A DNA stretch of 64,000 nucleotides. Origin: Dehalococcoidia bacterium (GTDB lineage: Bacteria > Chloroflexota > Dehalococcoidia > SM23-28-2 > RBG-16-64-32). A program made the position numbers and the translations under genes. The stretch covers positions 32,001 through 96,000 of the forward strand of contig CAXXTF010000001.1 in assembly GCA_963665775.2 (NCBI GenBank), given 5' to 3'. How positions within the stretch are numbered: the first letter of the stretch is position 1; each line of letters starts with the position of its first letter. Positions 21,054 through 31,470 of this stretch are shown here, piece after piece. Below the pieces are notes generated by a model. That model was not told the origin of the DNA. It searched no databases and was given only the letters and a program-made list of their open reading frames with translations.

Positions 21054-21138
21054 GCCGCCAGCGTCAATCGGTGAGGAAGCGCAGGCCCGCGCTCCTGTCA
21101 ACGTGCGAAAAGGGACAGAGCTTCCAGAACCGGCGGGA

Positions 21139-21618
21139 TCACGTATCGTTGCGCGTGCCTGTCGATACCGGCGCTCGCCGCGCAGCTCGGAGCAGTATCA
21201 CGGCAACCGCCAGTGCTGAGACAAGCCACAGTCCGAGGATAAGGGGAATCAGTGCTGCCGCCACGAAGAACGAGGAGACCGAGCATGTCTGATTTGAGAC
21301 CTGCCCACCTGAAAATACGCTGTAAATCAGGGTGCTGACTTGAGGCACCGCGTATCGGGCCGAGCCGATGAGGCCAGCGACGATGGCGGCCTTCCTTACC
21401 GTAGGCTTGCGGGAGGCCAGCCACAAGAAGGGGAACAACTCTGCCAGCGCCGGCAGCAAGGCGATTTCAAAGTACCGGAGTTCCCACCATGGTTCGTCAA
21501 CACCACAGTCGGGCAGAGACAGCAGGATGACTGTGCCGATGGGCAACGTCAGCACCGGTGACACTGCCAGCAGCAGATAGGGCAGGACAGGTCTGTCCAA
21601 CCACTGCTTGCCGGTCAT
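21139..21618 (-). CDS. Hypothetical membrane protein (about 4 TM)
   Basis: Several hydrophobic helices. Confidence 0.65.
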   Translation of the reverse strand: MTGKQWLDRPVLPYLLLAVSPVLTLPIGTVILLSLPDCGVDEPWWELRYFEIALLPALAELFPFLWLASRKPTVRKAAIVAGLIGSARYAVPQVSTLIYSVFSGGQVSNQTCSVSSFFVAAALIPLILGLWLVSALAVAVILLRAARRAPVSTGTRNDT

Positions 21619-22042
21619 TGCCTTCCCCGTGATGTCTTCCCCAAGACGTCAGCGGCTGAACGCCTCGGGCTTACCTGCCTCCTGTCGCCACCCCAAATCA
21701 TCCCGGGCCGCAGTAGGGTAATCCCGCACCGGCATCCCGAACTGAAAATCACCTCGTGTTCGGCGCTACCTTCGATTCGATCTGGCCGTGCCCGTGCCCG
21801 AGCAGCCAGCGCGAAGAACCGTCCTGCGGATCGCTGGCGCATGCGGTCACGGCAAAGTCTGGTGCGGGGCTGCGGCCACAGAACGCGCAATCGGCCATGG
21901 CTCTTTGCTAACTCAGGCCGCATCTATCGCCGATGACTCGGAGACGCTATGAGTTAATCGCGTGTCGCCAGGTCAAGAGTTCCTCAGCCGCCGAGGGGCA
22001 GTCATCGTCGGCTGGCCAATATCAGTCAGGGGCTTCGGACAC

Positions 22043-24610
22043 TTACGCCTTAGTGACCTTTATGCGCGTGCACCACTCAAGGTTACAGAGCATGGGATTG
22101 ATATGCTCCGGTTGTTGCGGTAGTAAGCTGGCGTAGTTGATCCCCTTCTTGGCGAACGGGTTGGTCGCATGGCTGCCTTGAGCCCCACCGACCGCAACCA
22201 CCCGAGGATGGACCGTTTCGCTGAGCTTTACTCGTGCCTCCACCTTGTTGACTGTAGACTCGATCCACACCTTTTCGCCATCACGCAGCCCCATCCTCTT
22301 CCCCGTCGCCTCATTCATCCAGGCCCGCAGGAAGTATGGATCAGCCTCGTACACCTCGGCTAGCCAGGGGTTGCCTGCGGTCTGGCTGTTGGTGTTGAAG
22401 GGCGTCTTGTAGTTGATCAGGTACAGATCGAAGTCAGGCGGCCACAGCTCATCGCGATGCTCGGGGCAGGGCTCCCAGCGAGGTAGCGCATCGTACCACG
22501 AGGTGTCCCAGTCCCACCCGTATTCATCTTTGACCCGGCTCTTCAGAACGTCGCCTAGCTCCTTCACCGGTTCGAAGTAGATAGGAAAGCGCCGTCCAGA
22601 TAGGGGGGCCCAATGGTAGTCTTTTTCGACAGGAAGCTGCCTGGAGAGGAGCCCCCGCTCGCTGAACCATTCGAGCCCCTTGTCCTCGCCAGACCATGAC
22701 CTCAGGCGGGCGTCGACCAGCTCCTCCAGCGTTGGCTTCCGGTTTATATCCAGGGCCACGGTACTCTCTGTCGCTGGCATCGTCCCATTGACATAGTCGA
22801 TGTAGCCACCCTCGCCATAGAGCATGCCCAGCTTATCAGCAAGTTCAAGTACCATCTCGTCCGGGTGCTTGGTATCGTATAGACGCTGAACCACGGGCTG
22901 CCTCAGCAGCATCATCTCCACCCCAATCTGGAACATGGCGGAGTACTGCCAGGCCTCCAGCCGCTCCGCCCCGCAGTCCTCGGGCAACACCACATCGGCG
23001 AAAAGTGCCGGGTCATCTATGTGAATAGACATCGTGAAGATGAACTCAATCGCCCGAAGAACCTTCTCGGTCATTTCGGGATCACCCTGGTTCCGGAACG
23101 GGTTGGTGCCACCCAGGCAGAGCGCCTTTAGGGTGTAAGGGACCTTGAACCGCTCCCGCATCTCGGGGTCAGTCTGAATATAGTTCAACCACACCACGTG
23201 CGTGTCTACGGCCAGCGGGTAGAACTGCTTCAGGTCGGGGTCCGGAGGGAACTCTATCTCAGCGCGGGGAATGAACTCTAACATGCCGTCGGGTGGCGCC
23301 GGGGTGTCATAGTCGATGAGGGGGTTTATCGCCCATCCCTTATTGCCGCCCGGAACGTCAAAGTTTCCAACCAAGGCATTGATCAGCCGCAGTGACATTG
23401 TGGTGTATGGACCATTGTAATGGCGTTGGGAGCCGTGGTAGCCGATCATCGCGGCCGGCCGGAACGGCAGCTCCACGCCATCGATCTTGAGCGTCGTCCC
23501 GATCTTCGCCGCTTTCACGAAATCGGCGGCAAAGCGTCTCATCTGGGAAGCGGGTACGGTGCTGATCTGCTCGGCCCACTCCGGGGTATAGGGGAGCATC
23601 CGCTCCTTCAGCATCTGGAACGCGGGCTTGCAGGGCTCCCCGTTTACCTCGTAGGTCCCCTCCAGGACAAAGTCCTTGATCTCCGGGGCATCGAAGGGTC
23701 TAGCGACCTGAGCGGCGGCGTCCCAGACCAAGGGCTTGTCGTTCGCATCCTTCATGTAGTAGCCGTTGTCCTGCCGGATTAAGTACGGACCGTTGGTGTG
23801 CCGCCTCACGAAATCTATGTCGAAATTGTTGAGCTCGTGAATCATGACGTTCAGTATTGCGAGGTTAAAGGCTAGGTCCGTGCCCGGCAGGATGGGAATC
23901 CATTCGTCCGCTTTATTGCTTCCCTCGCCACAGCGGGGATCGATACTCACGATCCGAGTACCACGCTCCCTCCTAGCGTCGGCTATTCGGCTCACGCCTC
24001 CCCCTGCGGCGGCTCCTATCCAGGTCCCGAATCCGGCATTGGTGCCCTGGAGGACCAACATTTCAACGTAGTCTGGATCATAGCCAGATACGTGGGCGTT
24101 GTGAGCCCAGGCTGACACGGCGTGCTCTGAGCTGCCACAGGCAGCGACCCCGCCGAACATGTGCATGGGGGCGCCACCGAAAAACGGTTGGAACGGCCAC
24201 ATTAGCAGATACGGGTTCGCCATGCCGCCGCTGGCGTGAAATTGCCTCGGGTCTTCCTCCCTCACCGCCCGTAACTTGTCGGCCACGATATCCAGGGCCT
24301 CATCCCAAGAGATCTCCACGAACTTGGGGTCCACATTGAGCCCCTTTTCCGGATTTGTCCGCTTGAGGGGCACTTTTACGCGGTAGGGGTCGTACAGCTC
24401 CATCAGGTTGGAATTGCCACGTGCGCAGAGGCGCCCCTGGTTATGCGGTGCATCGGGGTTGCCTTCCACCTTCACCGCCACGTTGTCCACTACGTGCACT
24501 AACGTGGAGCACTGGCCATAGATGCATAGGTGGCAGAAGGACGGAACGACCTTTTCTTCGCTCTTTTTCTCTGTGAGCATGATCTCAGCTATGTTGCTCT
24601 CCACGACCAT
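22043..24610 (-). CDS. Molybdopterin-dependent oxidoreductase (DMSO reductase family) catalytic subunit
   Basis: N-terminal CxxC...C...LCARG Fe-S motif, RVKVPLKR, PGTDLA, ADVVLP, C-terminal molybdopterin-binding domain; RBS before 24610; no Tat signal. Confidence 0.93.
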   Translation of the reverse strand: MVVESNIAEIMLTEKKSEEKVVPSFCHLCIYGQCSTLVHVVDNVAVKVEGNPDAPHNQGRLCARGNSNLMELYDPYRVKVPLKRTNPEKGLNVDPKFVEISWDEALDIVADKLRAVREEDPRQFHASGGMANPYLLMWPFQPFFGGAPMHMFGGVAACGSSEHAVSAWAHNAHVSGYDPDYVEMLVLQGTNAGFGTWIGAAAGGGVSRIADARRERGTRIVSIDPRCGEGSNKADEWIPILPGTDLAFNLAILNVMIHELNNFDIDFVRRHTNGPYLIRQDNGYYMKDANDKPLVWDAAAQVARPFDAPEIKDFVLEGTYEVNGEPCKPAFQMLKERMLPYTPEWAEQISTVPASQMRRFAADFVKAAKIGTTLKIDGVELPFRPAAMIGYHGSQRHYNGPYTTMSLRLINALVGNFDVPGGNKGWAINPLIDYDTPAPPDGMLEFIPRAEIEFPPDPDLKQFYPLAVDTHVVWLNYIQTDPEMRERFKVPYTLKALCLGGTNPFRNQGDPEMTEKVLRAIEFIFTMSIHIDDPALFADVVLPEDCGAERLEAWQYSAMFQIGVEMMLLRQPVVQRLYDTKHPDEMVLELADKLGMLYGEGGYIDYVNGTMPATESTVALDINRKPTLEELVDARLRSWSGEDKGLEWFSERGLLSRQLPVEKDYHWAPLSGRRFPIYFEPVKELGDVLKSRVKDEYGWDWDTSWYDALPRWEPCPEHRDELWPPDFDLYLINYKTPFNTNSQTAGNPWLAEVYEADPYFLRAWMNEATGKRMGLRDGEKVWIESTVNKVEARVKLSETVHPRVVAVGGAQGSHATNPFAKKGINYASLLPQQPEHINPMLCNLEWCTRIKVTKA

Positions 24611-25004
24611 CTCGTTCCCCTTTCTAGGGATGAAGCCGCTGGTAACGCTATACCCGGACTGCCGGAAGGCTAGGCCCGCATACCGTCGGAAAGCTACGGC
24701 CGCCCTACTAGTCGAAGGAGCCTCGCCTCTGACTATCGACCAAGTCATTACTATATGCAGTGATTATACACGAAATAGCTGAAAGCTATTTGTCTCGCTC
24801 CGACAGACAGAGGGCGCGACGTCCAAGGTCAAGTCACGGGGCATGACAACAGCCAGCAAAGGGTAACACCTACATACCAAATAGCCGCAATCACTGGGGC
24901 GATTATAGGGGCTGCGGTTTTGGCGCCCCACAGGGCCTAATCGAGAAGGCGCGGGGTACGCTACTGGCGGCGACGCCTCGCTCCGGCCAATAGGGCGGGA
25001 AGCG

Positions 25005-26201
25005 CTAGTCTCCGGAGAGACCGAGCGCCCGGCGGGCGACGATATTGCGTTGTATCTCGTTAGTACCGCCCCCGATTGTGGCTTGTACGGAGGCCAGATA
25101 GTCGCGGACTGCGTGGCCCTCAAGATAGGCGTTCGGGCCACCCCTGAGCCCGCCGTACATCCCCATGAGGGCCACGCCCGTGCGAGCGATCCGCTGAGCC
25201 AGGTCCGCGCCGTAGAGCTTGGATATCGAGGCCTCCACGTCCGGGATCTGCCCGTTCTCCTGTAGCCAGGTAATGCGGTAGGCAAGCTGGTAGCCGACCT
25301 CCATCTCCACCCAGCGGTCCATCAGTTCGTGCCGGATCGCCGGCCTGGCGCGGACAAGCTCCGGATGCTCTTTGGCGAAGTCGATATAGCGCTCGATTTC
25401 CCGGCGTGCGGCAGCATAGCCGCCGATGCCCGATCGCTCGAAGCCCAGGGCCACCGCTACCTGGTACCAGCCTCGGTTCAACTCGCCGACGAGATTCTCT
25501 TTCGGCACGCGGACGTTGTCGAAGATAACCCGGTTGAGGCCAAAGTACATCCTGTTGGACACGTAATCGCCCACGATGTTTGTGATGCGCTGGATGGTGA
25601 TGCCGGGAGATTTCATGTCGACCACCAAGACGCTGATCCCCTTGTGCTTGGGGGCGTCCGGGTCAGTGCGGGCGGCCAGCCAGCCGTAGTCGGACTTATG
25701 AGCGCCGGAGTTCCAAATCTTGGTCCCGTTGACGATGAAGTCGTCGCCGCTTCTCAGCGCAGTTACCTGCAGGCCTGCCAGATCGGAGCCGGCGCCGGGC
25801 TCCGAATACAAGGTGCACCATATATCCTCAGCGCTGGTAATCCCCGGCAAGTACTTCCTCTTCTGCTCCTCGGAGCCGTAAAGCATCAAGGCTGGCCCTA
25901 TCCAGGATGCCCCCATACTGAGGCCCGGCGCGCCATAGTATGACATCTCGTGGTTGAAGATCATCTGCCTTGTGTAGCTTGCCGCCAGCCCTCCGTACTC
26001 TACCGGCCAGGCCATCGCTAACCACTTCCGTTCGGCGAGCTTCTTGGCGAACTGGCGGGCGACCTGCCATATCTCCTCGGGGTCCCGGTCGTCCGCGCCC
26101 TCATCGAGGCCGTGCAGGAACTTGGACGGCACCTCGCTGAGAATGAGGTCTCGTACCTCTGTTCGGAAGGACTCGTCTTCCTCGCTGAAGCGGTAATCCA
26201 T
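25005..26201 (-). CDS. Acyl-CoA dehydrogenase
   Basis: YSEPGAGSDLA, NGTKIW, TIGGGTNEIQRNIV. Confidence 0.95.
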   Translation of the reverse strand: MDYRFSEEDESFRTEVRDLILSEVPSKFLHGLDEGADDRDPEEIWQVARQFAKKLAERKWLAMAWPVEYGGLAASYTRQMIFNHEMSYYGAPGLSMGASWIGPALMLYGSEEQKRKYLPGITSAEDIWCTLYSEPGAGSDLAGLQVTALRSGDDFIVNGTKIWNSGAHKSDYGWLAARTDPDAPKHKGISVLVVDMKSPGITIQRITNIVGDYVSNRMYFGLNRVIFDNVRVPKENLVGELNRGWYQVAVALGFERSGIGGYAAARREIERYIDFAKEHPELVRARPAIRHELMDRWVEMEVGYQLAYRITWLQENGQIPDVEASISKLYGADLAQRIARTGVALMGMYGGLRGGPNAYLEGHAVRDYLASVQATIGGGTNEIQRNIVARRALGLSGD

Positions 26202-26220
26202 GCTTCTCCTCGCGATACCC

Positions 26221-27402
26221 CTAATCCCTGGCCAGCACCAGGGTAACCGCGGTGTGCTCCGTCCCTATCTGTCCGCCGGTGGCATGGGTGAGCGCGATCC
26301 GGCAATCCTTGACCTGCGCATCCCCTGCTTCTCCCCGGAGCTGCTGGGTGGCCTCGATAAGGAGGAGGATTCCCCGCGCGCCATCGTTGTAGGAGAGGGC
26401 GCCGCCGTCGGTATTAGTCGGCAGCTCCCCGTCCAGCCGCAGACGGCCGCCGCTAACGAATGCCCCACCCTCCCCTGGCTTGCAGAATCCCAGCCCCTCC
26501 AGAGTGGTCAGGACGGTGATCGTGAAGGAGTCGTAGATCATCGCCATGTCGATCTCCTTGTGAGTAACCCCGGCCTCGGCCAGGGCGCGCGGACCGGAGC
26601 GGGCAGCGGCTATGCTGGTGTAGTCGCGATAGCCAGCGCCCCGATGCTCGATAGCGCTGAAGCCACCCAGGAACCACACTGGGGTACGTTTGCAGTTCCG
26701 CGCCACTTCCTCGCTCGCCACCACGATAGCGCCACCGCCATCCTGCACGACAGAGCAATCCAGGAGGTGCAGGGGAGAGCTGATCATGCGGGAGTTGAGG
26801 ACATCCTCCACAACTATTGGGTTGCGGAACTTCGCCTGGGGGTTTAAGGAGCCGTGATAGCGGGTGGAGACGGCGATCTCGGCCAGCTGTTCGCTTGTTG
26901 TGCCATACGTATACATGTGGCGCTGAGCGACCTGAGCGTAGCTGGCTATCGTATGTATGCCGAAGGGCGTATGGAAGGCGTCGGTCCACCAGGCCGCGCG
27001 GGGAGGCCCGGCCGGCCGCCGCAATCCCGAGCCGGTGCCGATGTTGGAGCTACTCCTACCCACTACCAGCCCGTAGGTGATAAGGGCAACGTTAATCAGG
27101 CCCGCATTAATGTGGGCGGCGGCCTGGAGCACGCCGTAGGAGGGCGAGGCCCCTTGGAGGTCCGAGTCCACCACCATGGCCGGGTTTATGCCCAGATAGT
27201 CGCACATGGTCACTCCCTTCATGGTGTCGACGGGGGCGGTATTGCCGAAGTAACCGTCGACGTCCTTGAAGGTCAGACCAGCGTCATCAAGGGCCTTAAT
27301 CGCGCACTCGGCCTCGAATCCCATTATCGTGTAGCCAGGCGCTTCCAGGGCTGGAAACTCGTTGATTCCGACGATCGCCGCTTTTCTCGTCAGGGAACCC
27401 AT
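26221..27402 (-). CDS. SCP2/Ltp-type thiolase-family protein
   Basis: PLHLLDCS, YDSFTI, NTDGGALS, EATQQLRGE. Confidence 0.9.
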   Translation of the reverse strand: MGSLTRKAAIVGINEFPALEAPGYTIMGFEAECAIKALDDAGLTFKDVDGYFGNTAPVDTMKGVTMCDYLGINPAMVVDSDLQGASPSYGVLQAAAHINAGLINVALITYGLVVGRSSSNIGTGSGLRRPAGPPRAAWWTDAFHTPFGIHTIASYAQVAQRHMYTYGTTSEQLAEIAVSTRYHGSLNPQAKFRNPIVVEDVLNSRMISSPLHLLDCSVVQDGGGAIVVASEEVARNCKRTPVWFLGGFSAIEHRGAGYRDYTSIAAARSGPRALAEAGVTHKEIDMAMIYDSFTITVLTTLEGLGFCKPGEGGAFVSGGRLRLDGELPTNTDGGALSYNDGARGILLLIEATQQLRGEAGDAQVKDCRIALTHATGGQIGTEHTAVTLVLARD

Positions 27403-27456
27403 GGGAGCCTCCTTCTCGATAGTATAATAAGTATAATATCGTTGCCAGCGGCGCCA

Positions 27457-28641
27457 TCAGGCGACCACCTCTCTCTCCCTCAAGCCGGCGATCTCGGCAG
27501 CGCCGTAGCCCAGGCCTTCCAGCACCGCGTCGGTCTGCTGACCGGCCAGCGGGGCCACCTGCCGCACCCGGCCAGGCGTCTCTGACAGCTTCACAGAGAT
27601 CCCTACCTGTTGGACCACCCCCAGGCCGGGGGCCTCCACGTCGACCACCATCTGTCGATGCCTGTTGTGGGGGTCCGCCAGAGCCTCATCCAGGCTGTAC
27701 ACAGGTGCCACGCACAGATCCGTCCCCCGCATCGCCTCGAACCACTCGTCCCGGGTGCGCGTCCGGAACCGCTGGGCGAAATGGGATCGCATGTCAGGGA
27801 ACCAGGCCGGGTCGTCCCTGTGTTCGATAAATTCCTCCCCGCCCAGGAAGCGGCAAAGATTGGCGAAGAAATGGGGCTCCAGACTGCCCAGGCTGATCCA
27901 CTTGCCGTCTTTGCACTCGTAAACATTGTAGTTCGGCTGCCCGCCGTTGAGCGCGCTGCTCCCCGGCGCCGGCACCGCCCCTTGGCGGAAGTAGTCGCTG
28001 ACGTGCACGGCCAGAAGCTGCAGCACTCCGTCGGACATCGCGATATCGACGTACTGGCCCTTGCCGGTGCGCTCTCGCGCTAGTAGGGCCAGCAGTATGC
28101 CGTAGGCGGCCTGAAGGCCCCCTGCTGCGAAGTCGCCGATGACGTTCGACGGTATCGCGGGAGGGGTGTCCGGCCAGCCGATCATTCCCAGCGCGCCCCC
28201 TATCGAGATGTAGTTGATATCGTGGCCGACCAACCCCGCGTAAGGGCCGTCCTGGCCGTAACCCGACAGGGAGCAATAGACGATGGCCGGATTCACCTTG
28301 CGGACAGTCTCGTAGTCTACGGCCAGCCGCCTGACTACACCGGGCCGGAACCCCTCCAGAACCACGTCCGCCGTGTCTGCCAGCCGGTAGAAGATCCGCC
28401 TGCCTTCGTCTGTCTGGAGATCCAGGATCATGCTGCGCTTGTTCCGGCCGAAGGCGTTATACGCCGCGGACCGTCGCTCCTCATCGCCTGAGGCCGCCAC
28501 TCCCATTACGGCGTGCAACCGCGAGGGGGGAGGCTCGATCAGGAGGACGTCGGCACCCATATCGCCCAGCAGCATGGTGCAGAAAGGGCCGGGAGCGAGA
28601 CGGGAAAGATCGAGCACGCGTATGCCTTCTAGAGCGAACAC
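27457..28641 (-). CDS. CaiB/BaiF CoA-transferase family III (alpha-methylacyl-CoA racemase-like)
   Basis: LDLSRLAPGP, EGFRPGV, GHDINY. Confidence 0.93.
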   Translation of the reverse strand: MFALEGIRVLDLSRLAPGPFCTMLLGDMGADVLLIEPPPSRLHAVMGVAASGDEERRSAAYNAFGRNKRSMILDLQTDEGRRIFYRLADTADVVLEGFRPGVVRRLAVDYETVRKVNPAIVYCSLSGYGQDGPYAGLVGHDINYISIGGALGMIGWPDTPPAIPSNVIGDFAAGGLQAAYGILLALLARERTGKGQYVDIAMSDGVLQLLAVHVSDYFRQGAVPAPGSSALNGGQPNYNVYECKDGKWISLGSLEPHFFANLCRFLGGEEFIEHRDDPAWFPDMRSHFAQRFRTRTRDEWFEAMRGTDLCVAPVYSLDEALADPHNRHRQMVVDVEAPGLGVVQQVGISVKLSETPGRVRQVAPLAGQQTDAVLEGLGYGAAEIAGLREREVVA

Positions 28642-28745
28642 AGGGCCTTTCCTTTCTCGGGCGAAAGGCTATCGTTCATCTTGCCATCCTGGAACCCCAC
28701 AACCCCACACGAGCTACCGCACACGTGTGGCCCCGACTTTCGCCA

Positions 28746-29882
28746 CTATATGCCCATCAATTGGGCAAGCGCTTCCCGATGATGGTCCGCGTCGCCCCAC
28801 ATCATCTCCAGCCACTTCTGGCGGCGGAAGTAAAGCTGAATCCTGTAGTCCTTTGTGAATCCGATTCCGCCGTGGATCTGCTGGCCGTGGGCCACCACCC
28901 GGCGGGAGGCCTCCGAGACCCAGGCCTTGGCTATGGAGACGAAAGCGGTAGCGTCGGGCTGCTCCTCCTGCACGCTCCAGGCCGCCCGGTACGTGATCGA
29001 TCGCGCTGAGTCCACATCCACCGAGGCATCGGCCAGCTTGTGCTGGATCGCTTGAAACGACCCTATCGGTCGCCCGAACTGGGTCCTCTCCTTCGCATAG
29101 TTCAACGTGATGTCGAAGTCCGTCTGCGACAGCCCCACCAGGTAGGCACAGGTCGCCAGGGTTGCGATCCGCTTCGTCTTCTCGATAACGGGCCAGCCGG
29201 TGTCCACCCGGCCTATTACGCTGGCCGTTGCTGCCCTCACGTTCTCGAACGTCATCTCACACTGCTTATCGCCCGCGACGGTGTTCAGCACCTGGATGCC
29301 GATGCCCTGGGAGCGGGACGGGAGCAGGAACAGCGTGATCCCATCCTCCGGCGCGCCCCCTCGTGAAGTGCGGGCCGCTACCACCAGGTTGTCCGACACC
29401 TGAGCGTCCGCGACGAAAAGCTTCTTCCCAGAGAGCGCGTACTCCGACCCTTCCCGCCTCGCCTCCATCTGGACGCCCTCGGCATCCCAGCGGGCGGACG
29501 GTTCCGTGAGGGCCAGGGCGAGCAGAAGCTCACCGGATGCCACCCGTGGCAGGATCTGCCTACGCTGATCTTCGGAGCCAGCCTCAATAAGAGGCAGCGC
29601 CCCCATGACGGAGGAAGAGAGGTAAGGGCCCATGACCAGTGCCCTCCCGAACTCCTCCATCAGCACAACGAGGTCACTGGGGCCGAGGCCGCTGCCGCCA
29701 TACTCCTGGGGGATGATGAGGCCCATCCAGCCCCGGTCCGCCATCTTCCGCCATAGCTCCAGCGAGTACCCCTTCTCGTCCTGCTCCAGAGCGCGCACCA
29801 GAGACTCCGGGTTCTCCTTCGTCAGGAAGTCCCGGGCAACGTTCTTGAGCGTATCTTGCCGTTCACTGAGCCCCATATCCAT
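28746..29882 (-). CDS. Acyl-CoA dehydrogenase (possible partner subunit of a heteromeric ACAD)
   Basis: ALTEP, RTQFGRPIGSFQAIQH, QIHGGIGFT; lacks the C-terminal GGTxE. Confidence 0.92.
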   Translation of the reverse strand: MDMGLSERQDTLKNVARDFLTKENPESLVRALEQDEKGYSLELWRKMADRGWMGLIIPQEYGGSGLGPSDLVVLMEEFGRALVMGPYLSSSVMGALPLIEAGSEDQRRQILPRVASGELLLALALTEPSARWDAEGVQMEARREGSEYALSGKKLFVADAQVSDNLVVAARTSRGGAPEDGITLFLLPSRSQGIGIQVLNTVAGDKQCEMTFENVRAATASVIGRVDTGWPVIEKTKRIATLATCAYLVGLSQTDFDITLNYAKERTQFGRPIGSFQAIQHKLADASVDVDSARSITYRAAWSVQEEQPDATAFVSIAKAWVSEASRRVVAHGQQIHGGIGFTKDYRIQLYFRRQKWLEMMWGDADHHREALAQLMGI

Positions 29883-30172
29883 CCGGCGCGCCTCCCTCTT
29901 ACCGTTACGGCGCCGTCTTGGCGTGCGATAAGTCTACTCCTCCCACCGAGCCTCTTACAATAAGGTCAGGAAGGTTAGGCGAGCTGCTGAGGGTCATGCC
30001 TTTCTTGGTAGTCCAACGCTTAGTCGGGAGAGCAGCCGTTTCTGCCGCTGAACGGTGGGTATCTCAACGCACCAGACGGCAAACGGGTCGGTTCGGGGCG
30101 GCCCTATCGTGAGGCGCTTGACCCCCTAACAATCCCCTATAGGCTAAACTAGAAGGTGAAGGAGGTGAGCCC

Positions 30173-30385
30173 ATGGCCCGCCAAGCCGTCATCCACGCCG
30201 TCCAGCCCTACGACCTCCACGGCATCCGCTACTACGCCGTCCGCTACGCCTACGCCGACGAGCCCGACGCCCTCCGCGAGGCCCGCCTCGCCCATGACTC
30301 CATCTACGCCGACCCCAAGGCCGGCGATCAGATCCTCGTCGAGGCCGTCCTCAACATCGTCACCGACATCACGAAGGCAGAGTGA
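30173..30385 (+). CDS. Small hypothetical protein
   Basis: AAGGAGGTG RBS, strong GC3 bias. Confidence 0.75.
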   Translation: MARQAVIHAVQPYDLHGIRYYAVRYAYADEPDALREARLAHDSIYADPKAGDQILVEAVLNIVTDITKAE

Positions 30386-30388
30386 TCC

Positions 30389-30670
30389 CTAGCGGGTCGG
30401 GAAGATGCCTGTCGCCTCGGCTATGGTCTGCACCGGCACTATGTCGACGCTGCCCATCTTCATCAAAGGCCGGAAGTAGCGCACCACCTGGGCGTACTCG
30501 TCCGCCTCCAGCACAAAGTAGAGGACGTGCTCCGGCGGCGCCACGTAGCTTCCCAGCACCTTCACCCCTGACTCCTTGATGTGCTCCTCGTTCACCATCT
30601 GGTGAACCTGGGTCGGGTTGTCCGCCGGACAGGCCTCCAGCGTGTGCTCGTGGGTGGCGATGAACAGCAT
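30389..30670 (-). CDS. Small ferredoxin-like-fold protein (DUF3303/GYD-like)
   Basis: MLFIATHEHT..CP...PEHVLYFVLEAD pattern; GGAGGG RBS. Confidence 0.65.
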   Translation of the reverse strand: MLFIATHEHTLEACPADNPTQVHQMVNEEHIKESGVKVLGSYVAPPEHVLYFVLEADEYAQVVRYFRPLMKMGSVDIVPVQTIAEATGIFPTR

Positions 30671-30738
30671 GGCATTCCCTCCACTCTGGCGAACGACTCG
30701 GGTCAGCTTAGCACCGGCATTCAGGGCCATCGAAAGGT

Positions 30739-31413
30739 TTACTGCCTCTGCCGGCGCAACAGCTCCTCCCGGATGAACGGGTTCGTCTCCCTCTCGATGC
30801 CGATCTTCGTCTCGTTCATGTGCCCCGGCAGCACGATAGTATCGTCCGGCAGCGCCAGCAACCGGTCAACGATGCTCGACATCTCCTGCTCCTGGCTGCC
30901 GCCGGGCATATCCGTCCGCCCGATCGAGCCCTGGAACAGGGTGTCGCCGCTGAACAGCATCCCCTCAGTGTAATAGGAGACGCTGCCCGGTGTGTGGCCC
31001 GGCGTGTGGATCACCTTCAGCTTCACCCCTGCCACGTCCACCTCGTCCCCGTCCGAGACGAAGGCATCCGGGTCCGGCGGCGGCTCCACCGTCTGCCCCA
31101 TCCACGTCGCCGCGCTGGCGGCCGCCCCCTGGGCCAGGACCAGGTCCTGGTCGTGCATCAGGAAGCGGGCCCCCGTAGCCGCCTGCACCCCTCGCACGCC
31201 CAGGATGTGGTCCAGGTGCCCGTGCGAGTTGGCGATGAGCTTGATCGCCACGCCCATATCCCGCGCCATGGCCAGGATCTCCTCCGGCTGATCGCCCGGA
31301 TCGATGGCGATCGCCTCACCCGTCCGGCGCGAGCCGATGATCCAGCAGTTCTCCGCGAACACGCCCACCACAATCCCCTTGATGATCAGCTCGCTGACCG
31401 TGGGCTCCGTCAT
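30739..31413 (-). CDS. MBL-fold metallo-hydrolase (glyoxalase II-like)
   Basis: SHGHLDH, TPGHT, SGDTLF, PGH. Confidence 0.93.
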   Translation of the reverse strand: MTEPTVSELIIKGIVVGVFAENCWIIGSRRTGEAIAIDPGDQPEEILAMARDMGVAIKLIANSHGHLDHILGVRGVQAATGARFLMHDQDLVLAQGAAASAATWMGQTVEPPPDPDAFVSDGDEVDVAGVKLKVIHTPGHTPGSVSYYTEGMLFSGDTLFQGSIGRTDMPGGSQEQEMSSIVDRLLALPDDTIVLPGHMNETKIGIERETNPFIREELLRRQRQ

Positions 31414-31470
31414 GCTAGCTCCCTACCCTCCAGATGCACGAATCGCGGCGCGGGCCACACCCACCACGCT

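Noticed and set aside
24611-24800. Possible Moco riboswitch upstream of the molybdoenzyme
   Set aside because: Hairpins are present (e.g. AAATAGCTGAAAGCTATTT) but I could not match the Moco RNA consensus; an Rfam/Infernal scan is needed
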